DNA from: the human T2T-CHM13v2.0 reference genome, Homo sapiens
Length of the DNA: 64,000 nt
Direction: 5' to 3' (one strand)
NCBI RefSeq assembly: GCF_009914755.1
Contig: NC_060937.1
Positions 1-18,660 of the stretch are shown in pieces (position 1 is the stretch's first letter; each line of letters starts with the position of its first letter). The notes under the pieces are model-generated. The model searched no databases. It was not told the origin of the DNA and worked only from the letters and a program-made list of their open reading frames with translations. A program made the position numbers and the translations under genes.

Positions 1-1398
1 GCCAGTTACCTGGAAGTGGGGAGATTACATTGGATTCCTAATGTCATGAAAAAGGCAGTATTTTCTCTGCCATAGAAGAAGTACTTATGTTGGAAATGAA
101 TTCCCACCATTGCCCACAGTATTTCAGCCATCATAATTATTCATGAAAGAACTAGTATCACATCTTTGGGATTCGTAGTCTTAATTATATGCCAAACCCA
201 ACTGTACACATAGAACTGTGAAATGACCTATGAATGACATAATGATACCACTGGCTTGGAGAATATATCCTCTAAGGCTGGTATGTTTTATTATAACATG
301 CAGTATGTCCTTTGAACAAGGGACCAATATAGTTAGTATGTCTTAGACTATGAAGCAAAGAATAGAATTGGGATGAAAGGGTTGGGGAATTTTTCTTAGT
401 AAACTTAATAAAATATTACTTAATTTATTTGTTTTCCTTCCTCGAATTCTTAGACTCAACTGAATTAGAGAGATTAGTGCTTAAGAAAGAGTAAACTTGG
501 TAGAATATAACGTTGGTCCCATTGAACTGGATGTTAAAGGATGACATATGGACAATTTCAGCTTCTCATGTCACTTGTTTGACACACAATGAAGAATTTT
601 TCCTAAAGTAGAGTGACTGGTTCTGCTTATACAAGGCAAATAGATTCTTTATATTATGACATTGCTGCTGCATAATGAGGTAAGAGCAATACCATTGAAT
701 ATCTAAGTGATTCCATGTAATATCTTTCAGTATTTCCACGTATAATTTCAACAGTTAACTAGTACCACAAATACTAATAGGAGTATTAATGGTTCTGACT
801 TTACAAGAATGAGGGTTTACCTTTCATCACGAGGTAAGATACCATATAAATAAATGGTGTTGACTGATGGCAAGGAACACATCCTGTTGGGGAGAGAATA
901 AAGAGAGAGGGGGAAGAAGACAAACAAGAAGAAGAAAAAGAAGAGAAAGAAGATGAAGAAAAAGGAGAAGGAGAAAATGAAAAGGAGGAGAAGGAAGAAG
1001 GAGGGAGAGAGGAGAGAAAAAAATGATAAGAATGCCCATATGAATTGTTGCAATTTGTATTTATATATATGAGCTGACATGTTTTCCACTGCTACTTTTT
1101 TATTCTTTTATATAAGGTACATTGCATTAGGTTAGTTATAAAATATCAAGTTACAAGATAAAGTTCTAATCATTACGGTTAAAATCTTAAATAGGGATTC
1201 TATATATACTTGAAAAGAAATAAAAATCATAAGGTAGATAAAGAGATTAATGGGAACTGGATCTTTGTTGTGGGAAAAGGGAGAATGTATCTTTTTGTTC
1301 AATGGATTGGTGGATTATTTGAGTCAGAATGGCTGCTGTTGCAACTAGCATTAGTAGAAGTTTCATATGAAGAGTTACTGAGTACTCAAAGGGTTGAC
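1..1398 (+). mobile_element. Degenerate ERVL (HERV-L/ERVL-E-like) internal region: integrase and dUTPase-like segments, 3' end and polypurine tract
   Basis: Segments such as 'ccagttacctggaagtggggagattacattggattcc' and 'cccattgaactggatgttaaagg...ggacaatttcagcttctc' match recalled ERVL pol/dUTPase consensus. 'aaagggttgac|tgt' at ~1388-1401 resembles the ERVL PPT/LTR junction. No intact ORF. Confidence 0.7.
891..1025 (+). repeat. GA-rich low-complexity purine tract
   Basis: Near-pure A/G run (gaagaa, ggagaa units). It explains the F/L/S-rich minus-strand ORFs at 817-1089. Confidence 0.9.
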
Positions 1399-1855
1399 TG
1401 TATCTGAATGTCTTTGGTAGGTAGCAGGGATTCTTTCTGTCTACACTGTTCCCTTTCTAGAAAGTACTGAAAACACGGACTGATATTATGAGAATCACTG
1501 CTATCGGCTTTCTGAGTTACATTCACCAATGAGCAGTACTCACAGGATGACAGCAATACCACAGGATGTTTGGAAGGTGAAAATAAAGCTCTATAATTCA
1601 GGAGAACAATGACAAATAGGCATGTGGGAATTGGCAAGTGAATGAAGTGGTTTTTCCAGCAATTTCTGAGATTTTCCACTGCAGATGATATTCTGTCATA
1701 CTAGAGAGTGCTGGATTCTGCTCCAGACAAATGTTAATTCGTCCTTTGCTCATCTTGCCCTTTCAATGAGCTAGTAAGCCTCTTAGCCTCAATATTAAAT
1801 CCCGTTAATCCATAATACTTAGAGAGTTATTTCTGTTTTATTAAACAAAAGTAAC
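1399..1855 (+). mobile_element. Old ERVL-class LTR (LTR33/LTR41-like), probably the 3' LTR of the upstream internal remnant
   Basis: Starts with TG right after the PPT. The 3' part 'aatacttagagagttatttctgtttt' resembles LTR33/41/16 ends. Confidence 0.5.
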
Positions 1856-2349
1856 ACCCATCCCTACTCTCTGACTATTCAAGCAAGATATAAATCTGCA
1901 TGTATTTGATCTGCTCAGACACACATGATTAAATATAATCACAAACACACAATTAAATATGCTCATGTATAACCTTAAAAAAGAGAGGAACTTTCGAAAT
2001 ACCTTATGATCAATTTATTATATTGTCTCGGGTTAACTTGTGAAATACACTAGAGAATAGAGCAATATCCCTAAAATTATAAATTTGGTACTTTTATTTA
2101 AAATATAGTTTTCCTAAAATAAAACTCGCCCATAATACACATGGTAAAATAATTAACATATATTGCTATGCTTTGTCTTTTTTGATTATATATTGTAAAA
2201 CAAAATACTGGTTTAGTATCTTCCTTCATTATCTTTTGATTTACATATATATGTATGTGTATTTATATGTAATTTGACTATATATTTTTAAATGTTGTGT
2301 CCTTTGTGGTTAACTAGTGTGTATGCACAACTCAATGCAATGGATAGGA

Positions 2350-3886
<1,537 letters not shown>

Positions 3887-4786
3887 GAGGGAGGAGCCAA
3901 GATGGCCGAATAGGAACAGCTCCGGTCTACAGCTCCCAGCGTGAGCGACGCAGAAGACGGGTGATTTCTGCATTTCCATCTGAGGTACCGGGTTCATCTC
4001 ACTAGGGAGTGCCAGACAGTGGGCGCAGGTCAGTGGGTGCGTGCACCGTGCGCGAAGCAGGGCGAGGCATTGCCTCACTTGGGAAGCGCAAGGGGTCAGG
4101 GAGTTCCCTTTCCGAGTCAAAGAAAGGGGTGACGGACGCACCTGGAAAATCGGGTCACTCCCACCCAAATATTGAGCTTTTCGGACCGGCTTAAAAAACG
4201 GTGCACCACGAGATTATATCCCACACCTGGCTCGGAGGGTCCTACGCCCATGGACTCTCGCTGATTGCTAGCACAGCAGTCTGAGATCAAACTGCAAGGC
4301 GGCAGCCAGGCTGGGGAGGGGCGCCTGCCATTGTCCAGGCTTGCTTAGGTAAACAAAGCAGCAGGGAAGCTCGAACTGGGTGGAGCCCACCACAGCTCAA
4401 GGAGGCCTGCCTGCCTCTGTAGGCTCCACCTCTGGGGGCAGGGCACAGACAAACAAAAAGACAGCAGTAACCTCTGCAGACTTAAATGTCCCTGTCTGAC
4501 AGCTTTGAAGAGAGCAGTGGTTCTCCCAGCACACAGCTGGAGATCTGAGAATGGGCAGACTGCCTCCTCAAGTGGGTCCCTGACCCCTGACCCCCGAGCA
4601 GCCTAACTGGGAGGCACCCCCCAGCAAGGGCACACTGACACCTCACACGGCAGGGTATTCCAACAGACCTGCAGCTGAGGGTCCTGTCTGTTAGAAGGAA
4701 AACTAACAAACAGAAAGGACATCCACACCAAAAACCCATCTGTACATCACCATCATCAAAGACCAAAAGTAGATAAAACCACAAAG
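3887..4786 (+). promoter_or_regulatory. L1 5'UTR internal sense/antisense promoter with intact YY1 motif (caagatggccg, 3898-3908)
   Basis: CpG-rich L1 5'UTR and canonical YY1 site near +12. It is the only extended CpG-rich stretch in the window. Confidence 0.8.
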
Positions 4787-5807
4787 ATGGGGAAAAAACA
4801 GAACAGAAAAACTGGAAACTCTAAAAAGCAGAGGGCCTCTCCTCCTCCAAAGGAATGCAGTTCCTCACCAGCAACGGAACAAAGCTGGATGGAGAATGAA
4901 TGACTTTGACGAGCTGAGAGAAGAAGGCTTCAGATGATCAAATTACTCTGAGCTACGGGAGGACATTCAAACCAAAGGCAAAGAAGTTGAAAACTTTGAA
5001 AAAAATTTAGAAGAATGTATAACTAGAATAACCAATACAGAGAAGTGCTTAAAGGAGCTGATGGAGCTGAAAACCAAGGCTCGAGAACTACATGAAGAAT
5101 GCAGAAGCCTCAGGAGCGGATGCGATCAACTGGAAGAAAGGGTATCAGCAATGTAAGATGAAATGAATGAAATGAAGCGAGAAGGGAAGTTTAGAGAAAA
5201 AAGAATAAAAAGAAATGAGCAAAGCCTCCAAGAAATATGGGACTATGTGAAAAGACCAAATCTACGTCTGATTGGTGTACCTGAAAGTGATGGAGAGAAT
5301 GGAACCAAGTTGGAAAACACTCTGAAGGATATTATCCAGGAGAACTTCCCCAATCTAGCAAGGCAGGCCAACGTTCAGATTCAGGAAATACAGAGAACGC
5401 CACAAAGATACTCCTCGAGAAGAGCAACTCCAAGACACATAATTGTCAGATTCACCAAAGTTGAAATGAAGGAAAAAATGTTAAGGGCAGCCAGAGAGAA
5501 AGGTCGGGTTACCCTCAAAGGGAAGCCCATCAGACTAACAGCGGATCTCTCGGCAGAAACCCTACAAGCAAGAAGAGAGTGGGGGCCAATATTCAACATT
5601 CTTAAAGAAAAGAATTTTCAACCCAGAATTTCATATCCAGCCAAACTAAGCTTCATAAGTGAAGGAGAAATAAAATACTTTACAGACAAGCAAATGCTGA
5701 GAGATTTTGTCACCACCAGGCCTGCCCTAAAAGAGCTCCTGAAGGAAGTGCTAAACATGGAAAGGAACAACTGGTACCAGCCGCTGCAAAATCATGCCAA
5801 AATGTAA
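4787..5807 (+). pseudogene. ORF1: L1 ORF1p (RNA-binding chaperone), disrupted
   Basis: ATG at 4787. A 4-bp duplication (gagaatgaatgact) gives TGA at 4901, and there is a second nonsense GAA>TAA at 5154. The C-terminal 214 aa (5163-5807) is open and matches ORF1p (RPNLRLIGVPE, YPAKLS). Confidence 0.93.
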
Positions 5808-5870
5808 AGACCATCGAGACTAGGAAGAAACTGCATCAACTAACGAGCAAAATCACCAGCTAACATCATA

Positions 5871-9697
<3,827 letters not shown>

Positions 9698-10534
9698 ACA
9701 ATGAGATCACATGGACACAGGAAGGGGAATATCACACTCTGGGGACTGTTGTGGGGTGGGGGTAGGGGGGAGGGATAGCATTGGGAGATATACCTAATGC
9801 TAGATGACGAGTTAGTGGGTGCAGCGCACCAGCATGGCACAGGTATACATATGTTACTAACCTGCACAATGTGCACATATACCCTAAAACTTAAAGTATA
9901 ATTTAAAAAAATAAATAAATAAAAAATAATAATAAAAATAAAAAAAAATAAAAACCTAAGTTAACTTGAAAAAAAAAAAGTCATTCGATGTAACAATAAT
10001 GCAATAAGTAGAGGAGAATCTATATTTCAATTGAGAGAAGATAAAAGTTAAATTAAGGATAATTTTGGTCACTTTTTCAAGACAGAAAAAGGAAATATAG
10101 AAAGGGATCAAAAATGACTTCCTGAGAACAATATAAATACAAAAGTAAAATAAATTAAAAAGGAAAGGGAGCAAGAGTGAAATGTGCATTTAAAGTAGTT
10201 TCTTTTTTCTGTGAGAAGTAATCTTACAAATAAAGGTTCAAAAAATATGAATCTGTAGAAAATGAAAGAGAACTGGAATACCAAAGAGATGAAGAATATG
10301 GATAGAGGAGTAAGCTATGAGCAGAGGTTTGAACACATCTGTGAGAAATATGTTCTATTTAATTATATAATCCAAATATCACAAACACCTCTGGTCACAC
10401 ATCCACAATGGTTCTTAATTATAAATATTATTTATAATTTTTATTACTAATGATGATGTATGACATGTTATCTATTTACTATCATTTTTAAAAATTTGGA
10501 CTCTTTTTATAAAATTGGAAAAATTGGAAAAATA

Positions 10535-10820
<286 letters not shown>

Positions 10821-10845
10821 TCAGATTCCACTGAAGTCACTGTGA

Positions 10846-10900
10846 TGTGTATATACATCACAGTGTATATATACATATATATATACACACATATATATAT
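10846..10900. repeat. (TA)n/(CA)n microsatellite
   Basis: Direct inspection. Confidence 0.85.
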
Positions 10901-11189
10901 GCTCAAATTTTTTTAAATGCTCAGATTTTTAAAATCTTATTAAAATAATTTCCAGATTTTAAAATCTGTTAATACTTATGAGACTACATTTGTAAAAATG
11001 TATTTTAAGAATATGGTTTACTGACAAACATAACAAAAATGCTGACACAAATTTTTTTTAAGAAACGAAGAATATTGGTTAGAATTTGGAGAAAAGGAAA
11101 CCCTTGCACATCGTTAGTAGGAATAGAAATTAGAGCCGCCATTATTAAAACCTATATGACAGTTTCTCAAAAGAATTAAAGATAGAACT

Positions 11190-11517
<328 letters not shown>

Positions 11518-11826
11518 TTATCTAGCAATCTCTCAGTACTGGGCATGTATTTAAGGGAAATAAAGTCAATATTTTAAAGAGACATGTACACTCTTATGTT
11601 AACTGCATTTTTATTCTCCATAGCCAAGACATGGAATCAGTCCAAATGTCCATCAGTGGCTGAGTGGATAAAGAAAACATGGAATATATACAAAATGGAA
11701 TAATAAACGGCCACAAAAATATCAAAATCCTGTCATTTGCAACATGAATGAACCTGGAAAACATTATGCTGAGTGAAATAAGGTAAGCAGAGAAAGAAAA
11801 ATGTTGCATAATTTCACTCAAATGTG

Positions 11827-12220
11827 TGTTAAAAGAAACAACTTTAGCCAAATTAAATTTAAAAGAGTTAATTGAGTGAATAACAATTCACAAATCCAGC
11901 AGTCTCCAGAGGCTGAGTAAGCTCTGAGACTCCAGTGCAGCTACATGGTAGAAGAAAATTTACCGACAGAAAAAGGAATGTGACGAAAATGGAAGTGAGG
12001 TACAGAAACAGCCGGATTGCTTACAGCTCAGCATTTGCCTTATTTGAACATGATTTGAGCAACTGGCTACCTTTGATTGGCTAAAACTCAGTAATTGGCA
12101 CAGGAGTGGAATACAGTCTGTATACAACTCCATTTAGGTTATAGTTCACAATGTACAGAAAAACCTTTAGGCCAAACTTAAAATGGTAAGGAGGAATTTT
12201 AGGCTAATCTTGACTTAACA
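11827..12220 (-). mobile_element. MER57-family ERV1 solo LTR
   Basis: TGTTAA...TTAACA termini, 4-bp TSD tgtg (11823-11826 and 12221-12224), internal 'ggaagtgaggtacagaaacagccggattg...gcatttgccttatttgaaca'. Confidence 0.88.
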
Positions 12221-13699
12221 TGTGAAATCTAAACTAGTTGATCTCATAGACGTAAATAATAGAATGGTAGGTAGTTACCAGGGTATGGGATGGTTGGGAG
12301 CAAGATAGAGAAGATGTTGGTCAAAAAATCAAAAAAATTCATTTAGATGGTAGAAATAAACTCAAGAGATATATTTTAAAAGATGGTAACTATAGTTAAT
12401 AATATATTGTATTCTTAAAAGATACTGAGGGTGGACGTAAAGTGTTCTTATCACAAAAGGGATAGCCATGTGAGATAATGCATATATTAATTAGCTAGAT
12501 GTAGTTATTCAACAAAGTATATATACTTCAAAACATCATGTTATACATGGTAAATACATTTATCTGTCAATGTAAAAAAAACTAAAAATAACAAAGGATA
12601 GTAGAATACTTACTGTATTCCTTCTTTGTTAAAAAATGAATAGAATCACTATACACAAAAAGTATTTTATCATTGCTAAACCAAAACAACAAAATCCCTG
12701 ATGATGCTTTTTAAGAGGGGTTTAACTAAAAACATATACAATTTAATAAATTTCACAGTGAAAAATAAGACTTACTAATTTTTTTAAAGTGCTGAAAATA
12801 TCAATAAAGACATTTAAATATAATGCAATTTTACTATTTCAACATTTCTCATCATTTCATAATGTTAGTGCTCCAAAAAGACTAAAGTTAATTATTACCT
12901 GGGGAAGCTGGAGTTATATTAATTAAATGTCTTGGTTATACTGATCCAAACAGAACGAAAAGTATTAACGTATTTTCTGTTTAACTTATTTTATTTTAAA
13001 TATATCTTCATATATATGCGTGTGTCTATGTATATATATTCCCCAATCAAATAGCCAGCTCCAGGAAAGGCTACGATGTTTAAAAAACTCTTTTTGAAAA
13101 TATCTTCATTAAATATGCAATAACTATATTTCTCTGGTAGTATACACAATTATTTAATCCAAAATACTTTATAATTTTAGACTGTAACAAATTTTAAATA
13201 TAGTTTACAATGATGCTGTGATATTCATTTCAACAACTAACAGTATGAAAAGATTACTATAAATCCCTGGAGGATTATCTAAGGTATGATATAGCCAGAA
13301 ATTGCAGAAATAATATGCTTTGTAAAATAGCAATACAATATTTGTAATTATTTTTTGTATATTATATACATATCAATACCAGCACATGCTTGAGGTCTAA
13401 AAGAAATGCAGTGTATTTAGTGGGAGAATATTTATATTAGATTTAAACAGTCCTTAATTTAAATGCACACCTCACCACTGCAGTAAAATTAATGATTATT
13501 TATGAGATTTAGGTTTTTTAATCCTTAAAGGAGGCATATCTTTCGTTATGGTAAATTTTGTAGTAAAAATTCAATTGAAAAATAGTTAAAGTTGTCTTAG
13601 TTAAATACATTGAAAACATTTGCTGTCATCACAATGCTAATGATAACAAAAGAAGTCATTTTGATTCCTTTAATTCTACAATACAATTGTATAACATGA

Positions 13700-13804
13700 C
13701 AAAATTTTGTTCCTCAAGTCTAGCTTGCTCCTTGTCCCAGAGAGGAACAAGAAGCAAGCTAGACTTGGACAGGAAGCAAGCTAGACTTGAGAAAGAAAAT
13801 TTTG
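13700..13804. repeat. Imperfect inverted repeat (38-bp arms, 34/38) with an internal partial duplicate of the right arm
   Basis: 13700-13737 is the reverse complement of 13767-13804. An extra copy 'ggaacaagaagcaagctagacttg' lies at 13744-13767. Confidence 0.9.
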
Positions 13805-14689
13805 CACTGTGAGGTCTTTATGGATATTGTTCACATTAAAATATTAAATTATTATCTTGCCATTCATACTGCCAGTCTGCCTCATTTCTCATCACTACCC
13901 TGAACTGGCTTTCATCGAGCTAATAATTGTTACCTCATCATACATTTCAAAATCCTCAATTCCTTGACTTCCAACCAATATAAAACTGTGCTGACTATTC
14001 CTTTTTTCTTACTTTTTAATTTTGCTGTGATAAGAACAATTACCAATACAAGATGTACTCTCTTAACAGATTTTTAAGTATTCAATATGTGTACAGCATT
14101 AGCTCGAGACACAATGTTGTACAGCAGATTTCTAGAACTTGTTTCATCTTACATAACTGAAACTTTATGCCCAATGTTTGGCAACTTCCTGTTTCCTCTT
14201 TTCTTGTCAACACTTGCAACCACCATTTAACTCTCTACTTATAGAAGTTTGACTATTTTAGATGTCTCATATAAGTGGAATCATGCAGCATTTTTTCTGT
14301 GGCAGTCTTATTTCACTTAGCTTAAAGTGCTCAAGCTTCACTCATGTTGTTGCACATGGCAAGATTTCTTTCTTTTTAAAGAGTGAATAATGTTTCATTG
14401 CATATAGATATGATGTTAAAAATGGACATTCAGATTGTTTCCACATCCTTGGTGCTTGTGAATAGTGCTGTCTTTAACATGAGAGTTATAATTTCTCTTT
14501 GAGATCCTGATTTGAACTATTTTGGAAAATTACACTTCAGTAGTATTGCTGGATTGTATGGTAGTTCAATTTTTATTTTTTTAAGGAACCTCCATACTGT
14601 TTTCCACTGTGGCTGTACCAGTTTGCATTTCCACAAACACTGTACAATGGTTCCACATCCTGGCCAACATTTGTGTGTTTTTCTGTTAC

Positions 14690-14850
14690 ATATATTCATA
14701 TATATATGTGTGTGTGTGTATATATATAAACACACACACACACGTGTCTATATACACATATATATGTGTCTATATGTAACTATATATATGTTTATGTATA
14801 TTTGGATCTGTATATATTTAAAATATATGTAAATATATGTCACATATATG
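14690..14850. repeat. (TA)/(TG)/(CA) compound microsatellite
   Basis: Direct inspection. Confidence 0.85.
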
Positions 14851-14919
14851 TAATAACTGTCCTAACAGGTGTGAGGTGATGTTGTGGTTTTGATTTGCAT
14901 TTCCCTGATGATTAGTGAT

Positions 14920-15277
14920 TGACACAGTTTGGCTGTGTCCCCACCCAAATCTCATCTTGAATTGTAGCTTGCATAATTCCCACATATTGCGAAAGGGATC
15001 TGCTTGGAGATAATTGAATCAAAAGGGCCAGTCTTTCCCGTGCTATTATCATGATAGTGCATAAGTCTCGTGAGCTCTGATGGTTTTATAAAGGGCAGTT
15101 TAACTGCAGAAGCTGTCATCTCTTGTCTGCCGCCATGTGAGATATGCCTTTCAGCTTCCAGCATGATTGTGAGGCCTCCTCAGCACATGGAACTGTGAGT
15201 CCATTAAACCTCTTTCTTTTGTAAATTGCCCAGTCTTAGATACGTCTTTATCAGTAACTTGAAAATGGACTAATACA
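14920..15277 (+). mobile_element. THE1 (MaLR) solo LTR, THE1A/B-like
   Basis: TG...'ggactaataca' termini and 5-bp TSD gtgat (14915-14919 and 15278-15282). Confidence 0.92.
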
Positions 15278-15310
15278 GTGATGTTGACCATCTTTTCATA
15301 CACCTGTTGG

Positions 15311-15610
15311 AAATCACAGGGGAAAACAAAAACAAAAACAAAAAACTAATGATATTGATCTTGGCAATAATTTCTTGGATATGACACCAAAAATACAGAT
15401 AACAGAAGTGAAAATGGACAAGTGGGACAACAGGAAAATAAAAATTTACTAAACAAAAAAGAAGCAATTAATGGAGTGTAAAAGCAACATAAAGAATAGA
15501 GGAAAATATTGCAAACCATATATCTGTTAAGGGCTTAATAACCAAAATATACAAGGAACTCTTACAGCTCAATAGCAAAAAGGTAGTAATCCAGTTTAAA
15601 AAATGAACTA
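15311..15610 (+). mobile_element. Inverted 5' segment of the same L1M (ORF2 region)
   Basis: Plus-strand ORF2-like 'cttggcaataatttcttggatatgacaccaaaa...gcaaaccatatatctg...ctcttacagctcaatagc', abutting the minus-strand L1. Confidence 0.8.
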
Positions 15611-18464
15611 TTCCCTTCATGTTGCAACAATTTATTTCTCTTTTGCAAACTTCTCTTTACTGATACTTTTCTTGCCAGTCTGACTACCCCCTTTAATTTT
15701 CTCTGCAGTATTATTCTTCTCTAATAAGGCTTTAGAGCTTGTGGTTCTGCAATTCTTTATATTTAATCTTGTTTTCTTGCTATTCCATGTGCCCTTCCCT
15801 GCCTGTGGCACATAAATCACAAGTTTGTTCCTACAGCCTTGCTTTTGTATTTATGCTCCAGAGCTGCAAACACAACTGTTATGCTATGTGGATTATGTCC
15901 TTTATCTGAAACAATTGGTGCTCTTTGTGCTTAAAAAATAGATAGTTTTTGGATTTTAAAAAGACCTATACATGAGGTGTTATGAAACATTACAACTGTC
16001 ACATGGAAAAACCCCAAATTTGTAAATATTTGCATTAAGTCAGCTTAATTATGAAATACACAACAAAAACAACAACAAAAATCCTATAGAGCCTCATGTA
16101 GTTTAAATCAGCTTTTTGCTGCCAAATAAATTTCTACAATTTTTTTAGGAAAAATTCATTTGATTTTCCGGGAATTTCTAACTTCCAAAAGTGAAATAAG
16201 TGGTTGTGAACTTATAGCTCTCTTGAAGTCTCAAAACAAACAAACAAAAATTCCAACCAAGAATTTCCAAAGACAAAACTCATAATCATCCCTGTTCAAG
16301 TTTATTTACTTTCTCCAGTTCAGTTTACAGCCCTGCTAAATATTCAGTTAGGCAAACCTTAACCTTAGCAATTCAATTTTAATTTTCTTTCTCTGTCACC
16401 GTCCATGTCTAATGATCAGTTTCCCTGTCTTATTTTGATACATACACTCACCCATGCACAGGCATCGATGTGCATGCAAACAGACACACACCATTCGTTT
16501 CTATTAACTTCACTCCATATCCAAGCTACCACCATTGCTTAACTGATTTGCAAAAATAACTCTAAAATCAATCTCCCATCACTCAGTTTTGGGCTCTTCC
16601 AAGTCATTCTTTACTTTTAAAAACATAGTGACTACGTACATGCAGGAACACCCATACCCATTGCAGTGATATTTCATGCTATTCCCTCTATTTGGAATCA
16701 ATACCCCTTTCTCCTTCATCAATAGCTACTTAAAATGAGATCCACACATTACAGTACTGGAGGACGATTTCTGCAGAATTTGAGCATCTGAATTTAAACC
16801 CATGATCTAAACCAAACTATTTATGTGATATTTATTTAACAACAAATATACTTATTCTTCTCTCAGCACTTATCACACTTAAAACTTTACATTTTTGTTT
16901 TACTTAATACAATGAAACATTGTTTAAATCTCTACCACTAAACTGCAAAATCTGAGAGCACAAATACCATTTTAATTTAACTAATCATTCAATGTATAAT
17001 AAATTCTCTCACATACACACAATTTCTAATAATTGTCTCAGATTGAATAGATCAAATAAAATAAGTTACAAAAATAAATAAATACTATTTTTACTAGCAA
17101 CAATCTTTGACTCCAGCTCTTTATATTGGTAATTTCAGATTATCTTAAGCAATGAAGTAGGAATTTTATAGAAAACTGGATATGGAGTTTTCAAGTGTGT
17201 GGAGACCAATGAGATGCAATTTTGGTTGTATTATCTTTATTATCAATTATAAATCACATCTAAATTTTAATTTTGGAATAAGGCTTGATTTATATCCATA
17301 GCTTCATAGAGTTAATGTTTAGCCCCATATTTTTTTAAAGTTAGCCAGACTGCCAGGCTCCCTTTCTGACGAAGTTCAGCATCTATAAATAGATTGCAAA
17401 TACTAATATTTTAAAATTGTCTAAAATGTAATTTTATATAAATGTTAAGAATTAATTTGGGAAATCAAAAATTGGTTATAGTTAAATTGCAAATAACATT
17501 ACATATTGAATACATTTTATTTCTTTGGTCTATAATAGGAAAAATACAAGTTGCTGTACATCACAAAGTCAAAAAAATCAATATAAATTAAGTTGAAGCT
17601 CGTGAGGAAAGCTCTGTTCAAAATCAGTGTTGATTTAAAAATCAATATAAGTTTAAACAAACATGTTATGTTTCATCAATATAACATGCATAACAGTAAG
17701 GCAGGTTAAGTATACTAAATATACAAACAAAACCTTGTAATGAATATATGTGCTATTACACATCATGTATACAAATAGGTGAACTATGCAAATAAATACA
17801 GGTCGGCATGACCACAGATCAGATGATTCAAACCCACCTGACCAAGAAAGATTCTTCTAGACTTTCATGCTAGAAATAATAATTTCAAGCTTTCTTAGTC
17901 TATACATGTAACACAACTGACCATTTATTTTACAGCACTATCAATTTTACTATTATTTATGTTTTGCATCCTCAGCTCAATTGATTTATAAATTTATAAA
18001 TTAGAAAAAGAAAATACTACCTGTTTATTGTATAAAATTTTATGCACTTTTGGAGTAACATTGTTTGCCTACTGTGCTTTCTAACAAATGGCTTTTAGTT
18101 GAAAGAAATTAGAAGCAACTAGTTTAATCTTTGCAAATTACCTATATACATATATAATGTAGGTGAAATATATGCTCCTTCCTATGTGTAATTAAGTTAT
18201 TAAGCTCTCAGAAATATTGTAAGTGAAAAAAAATGTGGTTCTTACTCCAGCTACTTCTACCTACTTCAAATTCAACGAATGTTTTGTTATTCTAAGTGTG
18301 GTGTGTGTGTGTGTGTGTATTTTTTCTTCATATCTATATAGACAATATTTAAAATAATTACAGATAGGCAAAACTTTCCAGTCATATGTTCTAGGAAGTT
18401 GCTTTGATTATTACTTTATGTATTTTTCCCAAAAACTATGAAACGTGTGAGATGTTCACCTTAG

Positions 18465-18660
18465 TTGCCAGAAAATATGTTAGCCTGTCACAGTTTCATG
18501 AATACTGGCAGACCACGGAAGACTCCTGGGTAAGAGATAGGAATTAGATTTCTTCTAATTCAGCAAGCCGCATGAGCTTTACGGTTGCATCAGCTCTCTT
18601 CATCTTCTGAGTCTCGTGGGGATGATGCAGATTGGTGCAAGTGAATACTGTATGATAACA
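18465..18660 (-). mobile_element. ERVL LTR fragment (MER74/MER73/LTR53-like group)
   Basis: 'tagcctgtcacagtttcatgaatactggcaga...gactcctggg' is the reverse complement of the conserved LTR end also seen at ~54360 and ~56290. Confidence 0.55.

Larger units (their letters stand above)
14002..15310 (-). mobile_element. L1MA/L1MB-type 3' segment (minus strand), interrupted by THE1 LTR
   Basis: T-rich tail at ~14002, 'acaatgttgtacagcagatttctagaactt', 'ttaaggaacctccatactgttttccactgtggctgtaccagtttgcatt'. Confidence 0.85.

Noticed and set aside
817-1089. Hydrophobic F/L-rich ORFs resembling membrane peptides
   Set aside because: Translation of the GA-rich low-complexity tract.
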